From contig CANQBO010000006.1 of assembly GCA_947589475.1 (NCBI GenBank), positions 9,214-73,213 on the forward strand: 64,000 bases of DNA, written 5' to 3'. Below are positions 9,245 through 18,232 of this stretch, one piece after another. How positions within the stretch are numbered: the stretch's first letter is position 1; each line of letters starts with the position of its first letter. This DNA is from an uncultured Clostridia bacterium (lineage in GTDB: Bacteria > Bacillota > Clostridia > Christensenellales > CAG-917). The position numbers and the translations under genes are program-made. The notes below the pieces were generated by a model that worked only from the letters and a program-made list of their open reading frames with translations, did no database searches and was not told the DNA's origin.

Positions 9245-10399
9245 TTATTTTGAACTTTCGCTTTTCAAGCAAAAGACTTCGGACTTTTGCATGCCGCGGA
9301 AACGCGCGCGGTAGTGTTTGGGCACGTGATAGAAATCAAGCGCGTCAAAGTCTACGTCGATATGCTCCTGCTTGCCGTACAGTATGCGAAGCGGATTTTT
9401 AGTCTCTTTGTATCCGCCATCGCCCGTTTGTTTCTCTTTCACGGCATACAGTTTTGAGACAAACGCATAGTTTTTGACGTCAAACTGCGTGAGCGGCTGT
9501 CCCTCGAGTTGTCCCGACTCCGCGAGCGAGCGCACTTTCTTGTACGAAAGTTTGCTGTTGCAGTAGACTACGTACGCCGCGCCTATCAAAAACGCAAGCG
9601 GAATTATCACGGCGCATGCGACCGTCGTCACGGGGACCGCGTCCAGCCTCAGCTGTTCCAGCCACACCCTGCCGAGGAAGTACCAGAAGAAGTAGAATAT
9701 GAACATCAGCCCCGGGTACTTTTTATTTTTGCCCTTTCCCCAAAAGACGAGACACGCAACGAGACCGATGAAATTCCAGACCATCTCATAGAAGAAGGTG
9801 GCGCAGAACCAACCGGGAGTATTAGCGGCGACTATGTCCTTGAATTCGGGCGAGACGCCGCTCGGATCCGTGATGTAAACGCCAAATGGGAAAAAGTGAA
9901 GCTTTTCGTTCAAAATGGGAAGTCCGAAAGCCTCTTGATTTATGAAGTTGCCCAGCCTGCCCATTATCTGTCCCGCGAGAAGAGGCACGACGACGAGATC
10001 CGCTACGTTCAAAAAGTTCGTCTGTTTCCTGTGGCGCAAGGTGAAAAATACGCCGCCCAAAATGCCGCCCAAAATGCCGCCGATGATGGTTATGCCGCCG
10101 TCCCATATCGCGATCGCCCTCACAAAGTCGTCCCAGCTGTGCCACGGGAAATACTCGTCGATCCTGCCGGGGAAAACGTACAATATCCTTGCAAAAATGA
10201 CGGCGAGCGGGATTATCCACAAAAACAGCTCCACCGCGTCGTCCGAGTTCAGATTTATCTTTTTTGCGTTTTTACAGGCGTAAATAAGCCCGAGCAACAT
10301 CGCGATGACGATTATAAGCCCGTACCACCTCACCGTGAGCGAGCCTATCTGAAAGGCTACTCTCGGGTCGCTTGCGGTTGCGAAAAGCGAATTTATCAT
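9245..10399 (-). CDS. lgt: Prolipoprotein diacylglyceryl transferase with a ~100-aa C-terminal extension
   Basis: It carries WYGLIIVIAMLLG, GRLGNFINQEAFG and a polytopic membrane body of about 285 aa, followed by a hydrophilic tail. Confidence 0.9.
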   Translation of the reverse strand: MINSLFATASDPRVAFQIGSLTVRWYGLIIVIAMLLGLIYACKNAKKINLNSDDAVELFLWIIPLAVIFARILYVFPGRIDEYFPWHSWDDFVRAIAIWDGGITIIGGILGGILGGVFFTLRHRKQTNFLNVADLVVVPLLAGQIMGRLGNFINQEAFGLPILNEKLHFFPFGVYITDPSGVSPEFKDIVAANTPGWFCATFFYEMVWNFIGLVACLVFWGKGKNKKYPGLMFIFYFFWYFLGRVWLEQLRLDAVPVTTVACAVIIPLAFLIGAAYVVYCNSKLSYKKVRSLAESGQLEGQPLTQFDVKNYAFVSKLYAVKEKQTGDGGYKETKNPLRILYGKQEHIDVDFDALDFYHVPKHYRARFRGMQKSEVFCLKSESSK

Positions 10400-10402
10400 A
10401 GC

Positions 10403-11650
10403 TTACTCCAACTCAAGTCTCTCGGCGCCGCTCTCGCGTATGTCGAGTTTGAAAACGTTTTCTTCGCCGAACATGACGTTCAGCGCGCTCTTTACGCCTC
10501 CCTTTTGCCTGTCCGCAAAGACGAGTATGGTCCCCGCGAAGCCGCCGCCGTGCACCCTTGTCGCCTTTACTCCGTCAATGAGCACGACTCTGTCAAGCGC
10601 GTTTTCGAGGTTGTGATTTTGCCCTGCGGGAGAATATGTGTTTTGCAGTTTGAAGCGCGAGCTAAGCCCCGATTCCGTGACGGTCCTCAAAAAGCCTTCC
10701 TCGTCGCCCGCGTCTATCTGAGCCACCGCCCGCATGACGCGTTTATTCTCCTCGAAGAAGTGCTCCGCCCTGAGATACGCCCTTTCACTCACCTTTCCGA
10801 CCGCGTTTTTCTTGTCGATTTCCCACTTCTCATATGGTATATCCCCCAGCAACTTTGCGCCGAACAGCGCGGCGACTTCCTTCATCTCGTGAGGAATCGC
10901 CGCATAGTCGTCGGTGAGGTTTGCGTGATCTCCGCCCGTAGCGACCACAAAGATGTCGAGATCATTGAATGTCCAGCTTGCCCTTTCGACGACAGGTTCC
11001 TCAAGGTTTTTGAAGTCTATCATATTCACGCCGCCGAGCGCGATCGCGCTTTGGTCCATAAGTCCGCTCGGCTTGCCGAAGAAGGTGTTTTCGGCATATT
11101 GGGACGCCTTAGCCTTGAATATGGGAAGCAGTGTGCCGCCGTTGAATTTTCGGTTTAGTATTTCCGCAATGGCAAGCTCGAAGGAGCTTGAGGACGATAC
11201 GCCCGACCCTTTAGGCACATTTGACGTCATCGTCGCGCTGAAGCCTCCTACGGCTTTGCCCGAGCGCTTGAAATAGTCCACCACGCCCTTGATGAGCGCG
11301 GTCGAGGTGCCTATCTCGCTTGCGGAAAAAGTCGGCGCTGAGGTGTCCACCCTCAGCATGGGGTAGCCCTTTGATTTGACCTCTATAATGCCGTCCGTGC
11401 GGTCTGAGACCGCGGCGAGCGTATCGAAATTTATAGCCGCGCACAGCACTTTGCCGCCGTTATGGTCGGTGTGATTGCCCACGATCTCTATGCGACCGGG
11501 CGAGGAGTAAAACTCCGCTTCCGTCGTGTGGAAATGTTCGACATGCATAGCGATAAGCTCTTCAAACCTTTCTTTTGCCGTCTCCGCGTCCGCAGAATAA
11601 AGCCTGTCGCATATCTTACCGAATGAGGCTGATGCAAACTTTGTATCCAT
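10403..11650 (-). CDS. galK: Galactokinase (GHMP kinase family)
   Basis: PGRIEIVGNHTDHNGG matches the galactokinase signature and SNVPKGSGVSSSSS matches the GHMP ATP motif. The gene is divergent from galT. Confidence 0.85.
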   Translation of the reverse strand: MDTKFASASFGKICDRLYSADAETAKERFEELIAMHVEHFHTTEAEFYSSPGRIEIVGNHTDHNGGKVLCAAINFDTLAAVSDRTDGIIEVKSKGYPMLRVDTSAPTFSASEIGTSTALIKGVVDYFKRSGKAVGGFSATMTSNVPKGSGVSSSSSFELAIAEILNRKFNGGTLLPIFKAKASQYAENTFFGKPSGLMDQSAIALGGVNMIDFKNLEEPVVERASWTFNDLDIFVVATGGDHANLTDDYAAIPHEMKEVAALFGAKLLGDIPYEKWEIDKKNAVGKVSERAYLRAEHFFEENKRVMRAVAQIDAGDEEGFLRTVTESGLSSRFKLQNTYSPAGQNHNLENALDRVVLIDGVKATRVHGGGFAGTILVFADRQKGGVKSALNVMFGEENVFKLDIRESGAERLELE

Positions 11651-11685
11651 AGAGTTGCCCTCGTTACAATAAAAAATTTATGTAT

Positions 11686-11715
11686 ATTGTATCATACGTG
11701 CACGCGCAAATGCAA
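11686..11715 (-). promoter_or_regulatory. Candidate galK promoter (TTGCAT-18-TGaTACAAT)
   Basis: On the minus strand the -35 lies at 11710-11715 and the extended -10 TGATACAAT ends at 11686. Confidence 0.4.
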
Positions 11716-11921
11716 GAGTTGAAAGTAGGTTTTTCATTTCTCTTTGTATGCAGAATACTCGAGGCGCGCGAGCGGGGTTTGAAAATTTACGGCGGGAGCA
11801 AGCGCGGACATTTTTTTGCTCTCCTTGTGAACAAGCGGCATTGTGCGCGGCTTTAGCGAGGACTTTTGGAACTTTATCGGGATAATTTTTTTTATTTCCC
11901 GCTCTCTCGCCCGTAAAATTC

Positions 11922-11950
11922 TTGCAAAAGCCTGCCGCACATGCTATAAT
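11922..11950 (+). promoter_or_regulatory. Candidate galT promoter (TTGCAA-17-TATAAT)
   Basis: The -35 lies at 11922-11927 and the -10 at 11945-11950, with a hand-counted 17-nt spacer. Confidence 0.5.
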
Positions 11951-12001
11951 GGCGCATGGAAATCATTTCGCCCATCGGCATTTCGGGAGTTAAAAAAAAT
12001 T

Positions 12002-13546
12002 ATGGCAAGGATCTCTTTTGAGGAACAAGCAAAACAAAACGTCAACAAACTTATAGACTACGCGACGAAAAAGTTGTATTTGCATGATTACGACGTCGTT
12101 TATGTCAAAAATCAACTTCTCGACCTTTTTTCGCTTACGGAACCGTACGAGGGACAAATAAAAGACTATGAGCTTTACTCCGTGCTCTCGCAATTGTCCG
12201 ACTATGCGGTCAGGAAAAAGATCATAGACGAAAACGGCAAACTGAATTTCGAGACGAAGATCATGGGAATGCTTATGCCTTCCCCGTCAAAAACTGTGGA
12301 AATGTTTGACGATATTGCCGCGTACAAGGGGACGGAAGCGGCATGCGATTTCCTCTTTAAGCTGGGCGAGGACAGCACCTATCTGCGCCGTCCCGACCTC
12401 GACAAAAATCTCATTTGGGAACACGAGGCAAAGCGCGGCAACATCATCGTCACGATAAACCTCGCAAAACCCGAAAAGACTCCCGAACAGGTGCGGCTCG
12501 CCAAACTCGCAAAGGGCGGATACCCAAAGTGTATGCTGTGCGCGGAAAATCTCGGCTGGGCGGGGAACGCCGCAAAACCCGCAAGACAGACCATACGCAC
12601 CATTCCTTTCGAGCTTGACGGCGAGAAGTGGTTTATGCAGTTTTCCCCCTATCAATATTTCTCTCAGCATTGCATCGCTGTAAGCGAGGAGCATCGCCCC
12701 ATGTGCGTGACGAGTTCCACCTTCAGGCGCATGCTGGATTTTGTGGATATGTTTCCGCACTATTTCATAGGGTCAAACGCCGCGTTGCCCATCGTGGGCG
12801 GCTCCATACTCGCGCACGACCACTATCAAGGCGGCAAAAAAGTACTGCCCGTGTTCGCTCGTCCCGCGCGCCGCACATATGTCATGCGCAACCTGCCCGA
12901 GGTCAGCGTGTCCATAGTGGATTGGTACAACTCCATAATTCGCATAGAAAGCAAAAACAGAGCGCAGGCGCTCGAGGCGGTCAACGCCTTCCGCACGGCA
13001 TGGGACGACTATACGGACGAGAGCGCAAACATCATCTGCTCTACGACGCAGGACGGCGAAAAGGTGCAACACAATGCCATAACTCCCATCGCCTCCAAAA
13101 ACGAGAGAGGCGAATATCAATTCAATCTCATCTTGCGCAACAACCGCACGGACGAGGCGCATCCCTTCGGAATATTCCACCCCGCGGCGGAACTTCACAA
13201 CATCAAGCAGGAATCCATTGGCATAATCGAGGTCATGGGGCTGTTTATACTCCCGGGCAGACTGTCGGAAGAGGCGCACGCAATACGCGACATTTTGACG
13301 GGCAAGACCCCGCTCGACTTCAAAGCGCTGGCGGATGAGTCTCATCCCTTGCATAAGCACTTGACAATGATCGCGCAACTAGCGACGGACAACGGCACCT
13401 CTTGCTCCGAAAAGAAGGCGTCGGACGCAGTCACCGCCTACATAAACACCGCTTGCGAGAAGATCCTCGACACCACCGCCGTATTCAAAAACACGGAAGA
13501 AGGACAAGCCGCCTTCGACCGCTTCATCCATACGGTGATAAAGTAA
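12002..13546 (+). CDS. galT: UDP-glucose--hexose-1-phosphate uridylyltransferase, type 2 (Firmicute type)
   Basis: 514 aa counted from MARISFEEQAKQNV (ATG 12002, in frame with the track ORF that starts at 11843). It contains the ILAHDHYQGG active-site motif. Confidence 0.9.
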   Translation: MARISFEEQAKQNVNKLIDYATKKLYLHDYDVVYVKNQLLDLFSLTEPYEGQIKDYELYSVLSQLSDYAVRKKIIDENGKLNFETKIMGMLMPSPSKTVEMFDDIAAYKGTEAACDFLFKLGEDSTYLRRPDLDKNLIWEHEAKRGNIIVTINLAKPEKTPEQVRLAKLAKGGYPKCMLCAENLGWAGNAAKPARQTIRTIPFELDGEKWFMQFSPYQYFSQHCIAVSEEHRPMCVTSSTFRRMLDFVDMFPHYFIGSNAALPIVGGSILAHDHYQGGKKVLPVFARPARRTYVMRNLPEVSVSIVDWYNSIIRIESKNRAQALEAVNAFRTAWDDYTDESANIICSTTQDGEKVQHNAITPIASKNERGEYQFNLILRNNRTDEAHPFGIFHPAAELHNIKQESIGIIEVMGLFILPGRLSEEAHAIRDILTGKTPLDFKALADESHPLHKHLTMIAQLATDNGTSCSEKKASDAVTAYINTACEKILDTTAVFKNTEEGQAAFDRFIHTVIK

Positions 13547-13632
13547 ATTTATCAACGGCGTGTATAAGGAAGCTCGGACAAAAAACGTAATCATCAAGCT
13601 CTCACGCAGGAGTTTGGCACTTGCAAACAATC

Positions 13633-13680
13633 AAAAACGCGCGAACCGGCAACATTAAGTTGCGACGTTCGCGCGTTTTT
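13633..13680. terminator. Bidirectional terminator between galT and the PHP gene
   Basis: AAAAACGCGCGAAC (13633-13646) pairs perfectly with GTTCGCGCGTTTTT (13667-13680), giving A/T runs on both sides. Confidence 0.8.
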
Positions 13681-13932
13681 AGCTTGGGTTTGCAAAGGGC
13701 AAATCAAAAAAGCCGGCGAACGCCAGAGTATTCCAAACGCAAAAATAGCTAGATATGAGCATTACTTTGTTTGAATTTTGTATGACACTTATTGCGAATT
13801 GCGAAGCGTTTATTTTTTTGCGTGCGGAGTGGCGTAGCATTTGCGGTGGGCTTATATGGCACCTTGCTCTGCAATGGTGCCCAGCCCTGAGCAAATGCAA
13901 GCGGGGCGTGGGGTGAGTAACCCCACATACGT

Positions 13933-14721
13933 TTACAGACCCAACTTGCGGGCGGTGCGGGGGTCAAGGTTTGGGACAAAGGTACGCTCGTCCTCGCCGT
14001 GGTAGTCGCTGCCGCCCGTGGGCAGGAGTCTATACTTGTCGCAGAGTTTGAAAAGCGCCGTCCTATCTGAGTCGCTGTGTCCGGGATAATTGACCTCCAG
14101 CCCGTCAAGCCCGAAACGTTTCAGACCGCCTATCAAAAGCTCGAGCCTACCCTCCTGCATGAGTTTTTTCGGGTGCGCTATGCTTACGAAAGCGCCGTGC
14201 GCCTTGAGCATTTTTACGCCTTCGATGGGGGTGAGCCGCCTTATTTCGACAAACGCCCTGCCCCCTATTCCGAGATAACGGTCGAATGCCTCGGACACGT
14301 CGGAGACGAAGCCCGACTCCACCATTTTGCGCGCTATTATCATTCTGCCGAGACCGTCCGAGGCGTAGTCGATGTCCAGCTCGACGCCGAGGGAGGACAG
14401 TTTTTTCCCTATAGCCTCGTTGCGCGCTCGGCGCATAGCTTTGACAGTCTTAAGCTCCTCCTCAAACGCTTCGTCGGGAGTGAAGCCGTATCCCAAAATG
14501 TGCAACTCGCAGACGGACCAACAGCTGAGTTCTATGCCGTTTACAAAGCCTATACCCAGCTCTTTCGCCGCGAGTCCCGCTTCGGCAAGTCCGTCCACGG
14601 TGTCATGGTCGGTGACAGAAAGCGCGTCCATGCCGCGCGCCTTCGCCCACTCCACCGCCTCGCGCGGAGAAAGCGTACCGTCGGAAGCTGTCGTGTGTAT
14701 ATGCAGATCAGCCCTCATCAT
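13933..14721 (-). CDS. PHP-domain metal-dependent phosphoesterase (TrpH/YciV-like)
   Basis: MMRADLHIHTTASDGTLSP...SVTDHDT is the PHP motif set. The start was taken at ATGATG 14721/14718, which overlaps the rmuC stop (14708) by 11-14 nt. Confidence 0.85.
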   Translation of the reverse strand: MMRADLHIHTTASDGTLSPREAVEWAKARGMDALSVTDHDTVDGLAEAGLAAKELGIGFVNGIELSCWSVCELHILGYGFTPDEAFEEELKTVKAMRRARNEAIGKKLSSLGVELDIDYASDGLGRMIIARKMVESGFVSDVSEAFDRYLGIGGRAFVEIRRLTPIEGVKMLKAHGAFVSIAHPKKLMQEGRLELLIGGLKRFGLDGLEVNYPGHSDSDRTALFKLCDKYRLLPTGGSDYHGEDERTFVPNLDPRTARKLGL

Positions 14722-16126
14722 CGTCCTCCGAGTCGAAATCAATATCCGTATCCGCCGCGGCATAGTCGCCGTCGATGACGTCTATGGCGGGAAGCCTCGC
14801 GTCGTCGGACGCGGGAAGTTCGTCAAGATCGTCCTTTGTCAGGTCGTACACCTTGTCCAGCTTTTTGCGGAGTATAGCGGTGCGCGCCTCCGCTTGAGAC
14901 AGAGTGTTGCCTACGGTCGTTATGTTTTTCTGCGTCTTTTTGAGCAGTTCCTCGAATTTTGCAAAATCGCCTATGAAAGCGCGGAACAACTTGCCTATCT
15001 CCTTACTGCGCTTTTCCACCGCAAGCGTCTGGAAGCCCATCTGCAAACTGTTGAGCAACGCCGCGAACGTAGTCGGTCCGCACACAATGACGCGATATTT
15101 GTTTTGAAGCTCGTCAACAAGAGTCGTGTTGCGCACCACTTCCGCATACAGCCCCTCCGTAGGCAGGTACATGATGGCGAAGTCCGTGGTCTTTGGCGGA
15201 GCGATATACTTGTCGCGTATGCTCTGCGCCTGTTTTTTGATGAAATCCGCTATGGCTTTTGTGGCGCTGTCTACCCCGTCGCGGTCGCCCGCCTCGGACG
15301 CGTTGACAAGCCTCTCGTAATCCTCGTTTGGAAATTTGCTGTCCACGGGCAGAAGCACTTCGCCGTCTCCCTTGCCGGGCATACGTATGGCGAAATCCAC
15401 CGCCTCCTGCGAGCCGCGCCTTATGCGCACCTGTCTGTCGTATTGTTCGGGCGCGAGTATCTGCTCGAGAAGGCTGCCGAGAGCGACTTCGCCCCATGTA
15501 CCGCGCGTTTTGACGTTTTTGAATATCTTGTTTAAGTCGTTCACGCCGCTTTGCAAACTTTGAAGTTCCAGAAACGTGCGGTTTATCTCTTCCAGCCTGT
15601 CGTTGACGATCTTGAAGGATTGATTGAAGCGTTGATCAAGCGTCGCGGACAACTTTTCGTCCACGATCTGCCTCACTTTTTCAAGCTCCTTTTCGTTGTG
15701 AGCGCGGAGTTCCGCCATGGACTGCGCGTTCGCCTGTCGCACGAGGTCGAGCTGAGCGGACAATTCTTTGGACACATCGGCAAGCTTGTTCACCTGCTCC
15801 GCGCGGAAATCGTTCATGCTCTGCAAAAGCGTACGCGCGATATTGTCTATCTTTTCAACGTTCGCATTTGCGATCGCCTCGGTGCGCGCCTGAAGCTGAC
15901 GCGTACTTTCCACCTGCGCATTAAGCCCGCCTACAAGCGCGGAATTTTGCAACTTTATGACTTCCTCCAACTGCCTGAACAAAAGTTCGTTTTCCCGCAT
16001 GAGTTCGGAGCGCAATTCATCGCTCGAGAGCGCGGAGCGCTTTTTAAAATGCAATATTATCGTGACGGCGATGTTTGCCGCAAGTGCAACTATGGCGACT
16101 GCAAGCAATGCATAAACAGCTTCCAT
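14708..16126 (-). CDS. rmuC: DNA recombination protein RmuC
   Basis: 472 aa, with an N-terminal TM helix, a long coiled coil and a C-terminal RmuC nuclease-like domain (DFAIMYLPTEGLYAEV). Confidence 0.85.
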   Translation of the reverse strand: MEAVYALLAVAIVALAANIAVTIILHFKKRSALSSDELRSELMRENELLFRQLEEVIKLQNSALVGGLNAQVESTRQLQARTEAIANANVEKIDNIARTLLQSMNDFRAEQVNKLADVSKELSAQLDLVRQANAQSMAELRAHNEKELEKVRQIVDEKLSATLDQRFNQSFKIVNDRLEEINRTFLELQSLQSGVNDLNKIFKNVKTRGTWGEVALGSLLEQILAPEQYDRQVRIRRGSQEAVDFAIRMPGKGDGEVLLPVDSKFPNEDYERLVNASEAGDRDGVDSATKAIADFIKKQAQSIRDKYIAPPKTTDFAIMYLPTEGLYAEVVRNTTLVDELQNKYRVIVCGPTTFAALLNSLQMGFQTLAVEKRSKEIGKLFRAFIGDFAKFEELLKKTQKNITTVGNTLSQAEARTAILRKKLDKVYDLTKDDLDELPASDDARLPAIDVIDGDYAAADTDIDFDSEDDDEG

Positions 16127-16260
16127 TTTTATCCTCCTTGTATCGCGCGTCTGTCGCGCGTCTTAAAATCGAATGATCTTGATATTTCTGTATTATTCCT
16201 TTATGTTATGTCCCGCAAACCGACTCACGATTTTTTCAAATCGCACATATGTATGCGGTT

Positions 16261-17616
16261 TCAAAGCTTTGACGCCTTCTTTTTAAGATATTCGAGAGCG
16301 CGCTGTCTGAAGTTCAGCATGGGGTTCATCGCCGTGTCCGCAAGCAGCTCGTTGAGCAACGTCGCCCTGTCTTTCTCGGGCACTCCGAGAGCTATGAGGT
16401 CCTCGCCGTTTACGCAAAGCTCGGAAATTTTGAGAGGCACTTTGATGGTAAGCATGCTCTCGTATGCCGCCCGCACCCTGTTTGTGCGCGTAAGCTTGCC
16501 ATTAGAAGCCATGCCATCCACATCAATTAGGGCGCACAGGTCCTCAATGATGTCGATGTGCTCAAGCACAAAACGCCTCAGTTTTGACTCGGACATATTG
16601 CCGTTAATGTCGACCATATGCCACCTGACAAGCTGTGAAACGCGGCGCACCGTCTCGTTTTTGAAGCGCAGACGAGTGAGTATTTCCTTTGCTATGCCCT
16701 CGCCGATGACGTCGTGCCCGTGCATATTGCCGTACATCGCCACCGCGGGCGCCTTGCCTACGTCGTGCAACAGCGCCGCCCATCTGAGATGAGGCGGAGC
16801 AAGCTCGAATGCCTTGACGGAGTGTCCGTATGCGTCGTAAAGATGATATTTCGGCGGTTGCGGCAAGCCCTTGAGCGCGGCGACTTCGGGGAGCAACATA
16901 TCGACAAGTCCCAATTCGTCAAGAGCGGCGAACGCCTCGAGATGCGCGCCCTGCCTTTTGAGTTCGGGATGCTTAAGGTCCGCCTTGAAACAGCCGTCAA
17001 GTTCCTCGCGTATGCGCTCGGCGGTTATATCTTTCACCCGCCACGCGTTGCAATGCGCGCTTGCAAGCGTATCCGCGTCCGGTTTGAACCCCAGCTCCGC
17101 GCCGAAGCGCACCAGCCTCAATATCCTGAGTCCGTCCGCCTCGAAAACATCCTCTTTTGCGTAGCGGAGCGTCCTATTTAAAATATCGTTCATGCCGCCG
17201 AGCGGGTCGACGATCTCACCCGTCAAAATGTCGAGGTAGACCGCATTGCAAGCAAAGTCCCTTCTGCTTGCGTCTTGCGTGAGGTCGTTTGTAAAACTCA
17301 CTTTCTCGGGGGAATGCGTGCCCCGCCCCGCCGTATAGCTGTCCTGTCTGAAGGTGGTGTACTCCGCCTTGAATCCGCCCGACTTTATTATGACGGTGCC
17401 CATGCGCAAGCTCTTGTCCAAAACTGCAAAATCCGAGTTTAAAAGCGCCTTTTTGACATCTTCAACTTTGAGTTTGGAGCAAATGTCTATGTCATGACAT
17501 TCTATGCCCATAATGCCGTCGCGCACGAAACCGCCCACCGCATACAGGGTCGCATACGGCGAAAGTAGTTCTGCGAGCGTCTTAAGTTTGGACGGAATGT
17601 AAAAACTCGGCATCAT
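16261..17616 (-). CDS. cca: CCA-adding tRNA nucleotidyltransferase / poly(A) polymerase family protein with HD domain
   Basis: It contains LYAVGGFVRDGIMG...DIDI and the HD motif LLHDVGK. The start was taken at ATGATG 17616/17613, just after the hpt stop; the track start at 17700 would overlap hpt. Confidence 0.85.
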   Translation of the reverse strand: MMPSFYIPSKLKTLAELLSPYATLYAVGGFVRDGIMGIECHDIDICSKLKVEDVKKALLNSDFAVLDKSLRMGTVIIKSGGFKAEYTTFRQDSYTAGRGTHSPEKVSFTNDLTQDASRRDFACNAVYLDILTGEIVDPLGGMNDILNRTLRYAKEDVFEADGLRILRLVRFGAELGFKPDADTLASAHCNAWRVKDITAERIREELDGCFKADLKHPELKRQGAHLEAFAALDELGLVDMLLPEVAALKGLPQPPKYHLYDAYGHSVKAFELAPPHLRWAALLHDVGKAPAVAMYGNMHGHDVIGEGIAKEILTRLRFKNETVRRVSQLVRWHMVDINGNMSESKLRRFVLEHIDIIEDLCALIDVDGMASNGKLTRTNRVRAAYESMLTIKVPLKISELCVNGEDLIALGVPEKDRATLLNELLADTAMNPMLNFRQRALEYLKKKASKL

Positions 17617-17621
17617 ACCTC

Positions 17622-18164
17622 TTACTTTTCGTACACCTCGGGAGCGAGCACGCAGACGTCGGGAAGATTGCGCATATGCTGGTCGTAGTCCAGCCCGCAT
17701 CCTACGACGTATTCGTTTTCAATCTCGAAACCGACATAGTCGCCCTTAAAATCCACTTTTCGGCGGGAAGGCTTGTCAAGCAGAGTGCACACCTTGATGC
17801 ACTTCGGCGCGCGCGCCTCGAGCATTCGCTTGAGATAGCTCAGAGTGACTCCGCTGTCTATGATGTCCTCGACAATGACGACGTTTTTGCCCGATATGGG
17901 CGAGCTTAGGTCCTTTATCATCTTGACCTCGCCGCTTGTCGTCGTCCCTCCTCCGTAGCTTGAAACGGCGATGAAATCTATTTCCATATCGCAGTCCATC
18001 GCGCGTATGAGGTCCGCAAAAAACACGCACGCACCCCTAAGCGTACAAACCATAGTGACGCTTTCGCCGTGCAGATCCTCGACGATCTGTCTGCCAAGTT
18101 CCTTCACTCTTGCTTCGATCTCCTCTTTTGAAACGAGTACCCTTGCGATCTGATTGCCGTACAT
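17622..18164 (-). CDS. hpt: Hypoxanthine phosphoribosyltransferase
   Basis: 180 aa. VVIVEDIIDSGVTL is the PRPP-binding motif, and the gene keeps the conserved tilS-hpt synteny. Confidence 0.92.
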   Translation of the reverse strand: MYGNQIARVLVSKEEIEARVKELGRQIVEDLHGESVTMVCTLRGACVFFADLIRAMDCDMEIDFIAVSSYGGGTTTSGEVKMIKDLSSPISGKNVVIVEDIIDSGVTLSYLKRMLEARAPKCIKVCTLLDKPSRRKVDFKGDYVGFEIENEYVVGCGLDYDQHMRNLPDVCVLAPEVYEK

Positions 18165-18232
18165 TTTTTTGCCCTCTCTTGAATGATATTATTTCCTATG
18201 CGACGCTTTTGGGACATCGCAACTTTTTCGAC

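Noticed and set aside
9509-11158. Long plus-strand ORFs in the track (for example 9509-11158 at 549 aa, 27021-28562 at 513 aa, 60135-61520 at 461 aa, 15551-16792, 5154-6245, 45347-46444 and 62652-63749).
   Set aside because: Each lies entirely antisense to a minus-strand gene with clear family motifs. Their translations are R/V/H/L-rich and low in complexity, with no recognisable motif or RBS. This is the open antisense frame typical of GC3-rich coding DNA.
11734-11940. The 68-aa minus-strand ORF in the galK-galT intergenic region, considered as a possible small regulator.
   Set aside because: It has no RBS, its sequence is basic and low in complexity, and it overlaps both candidate divergent promoters.
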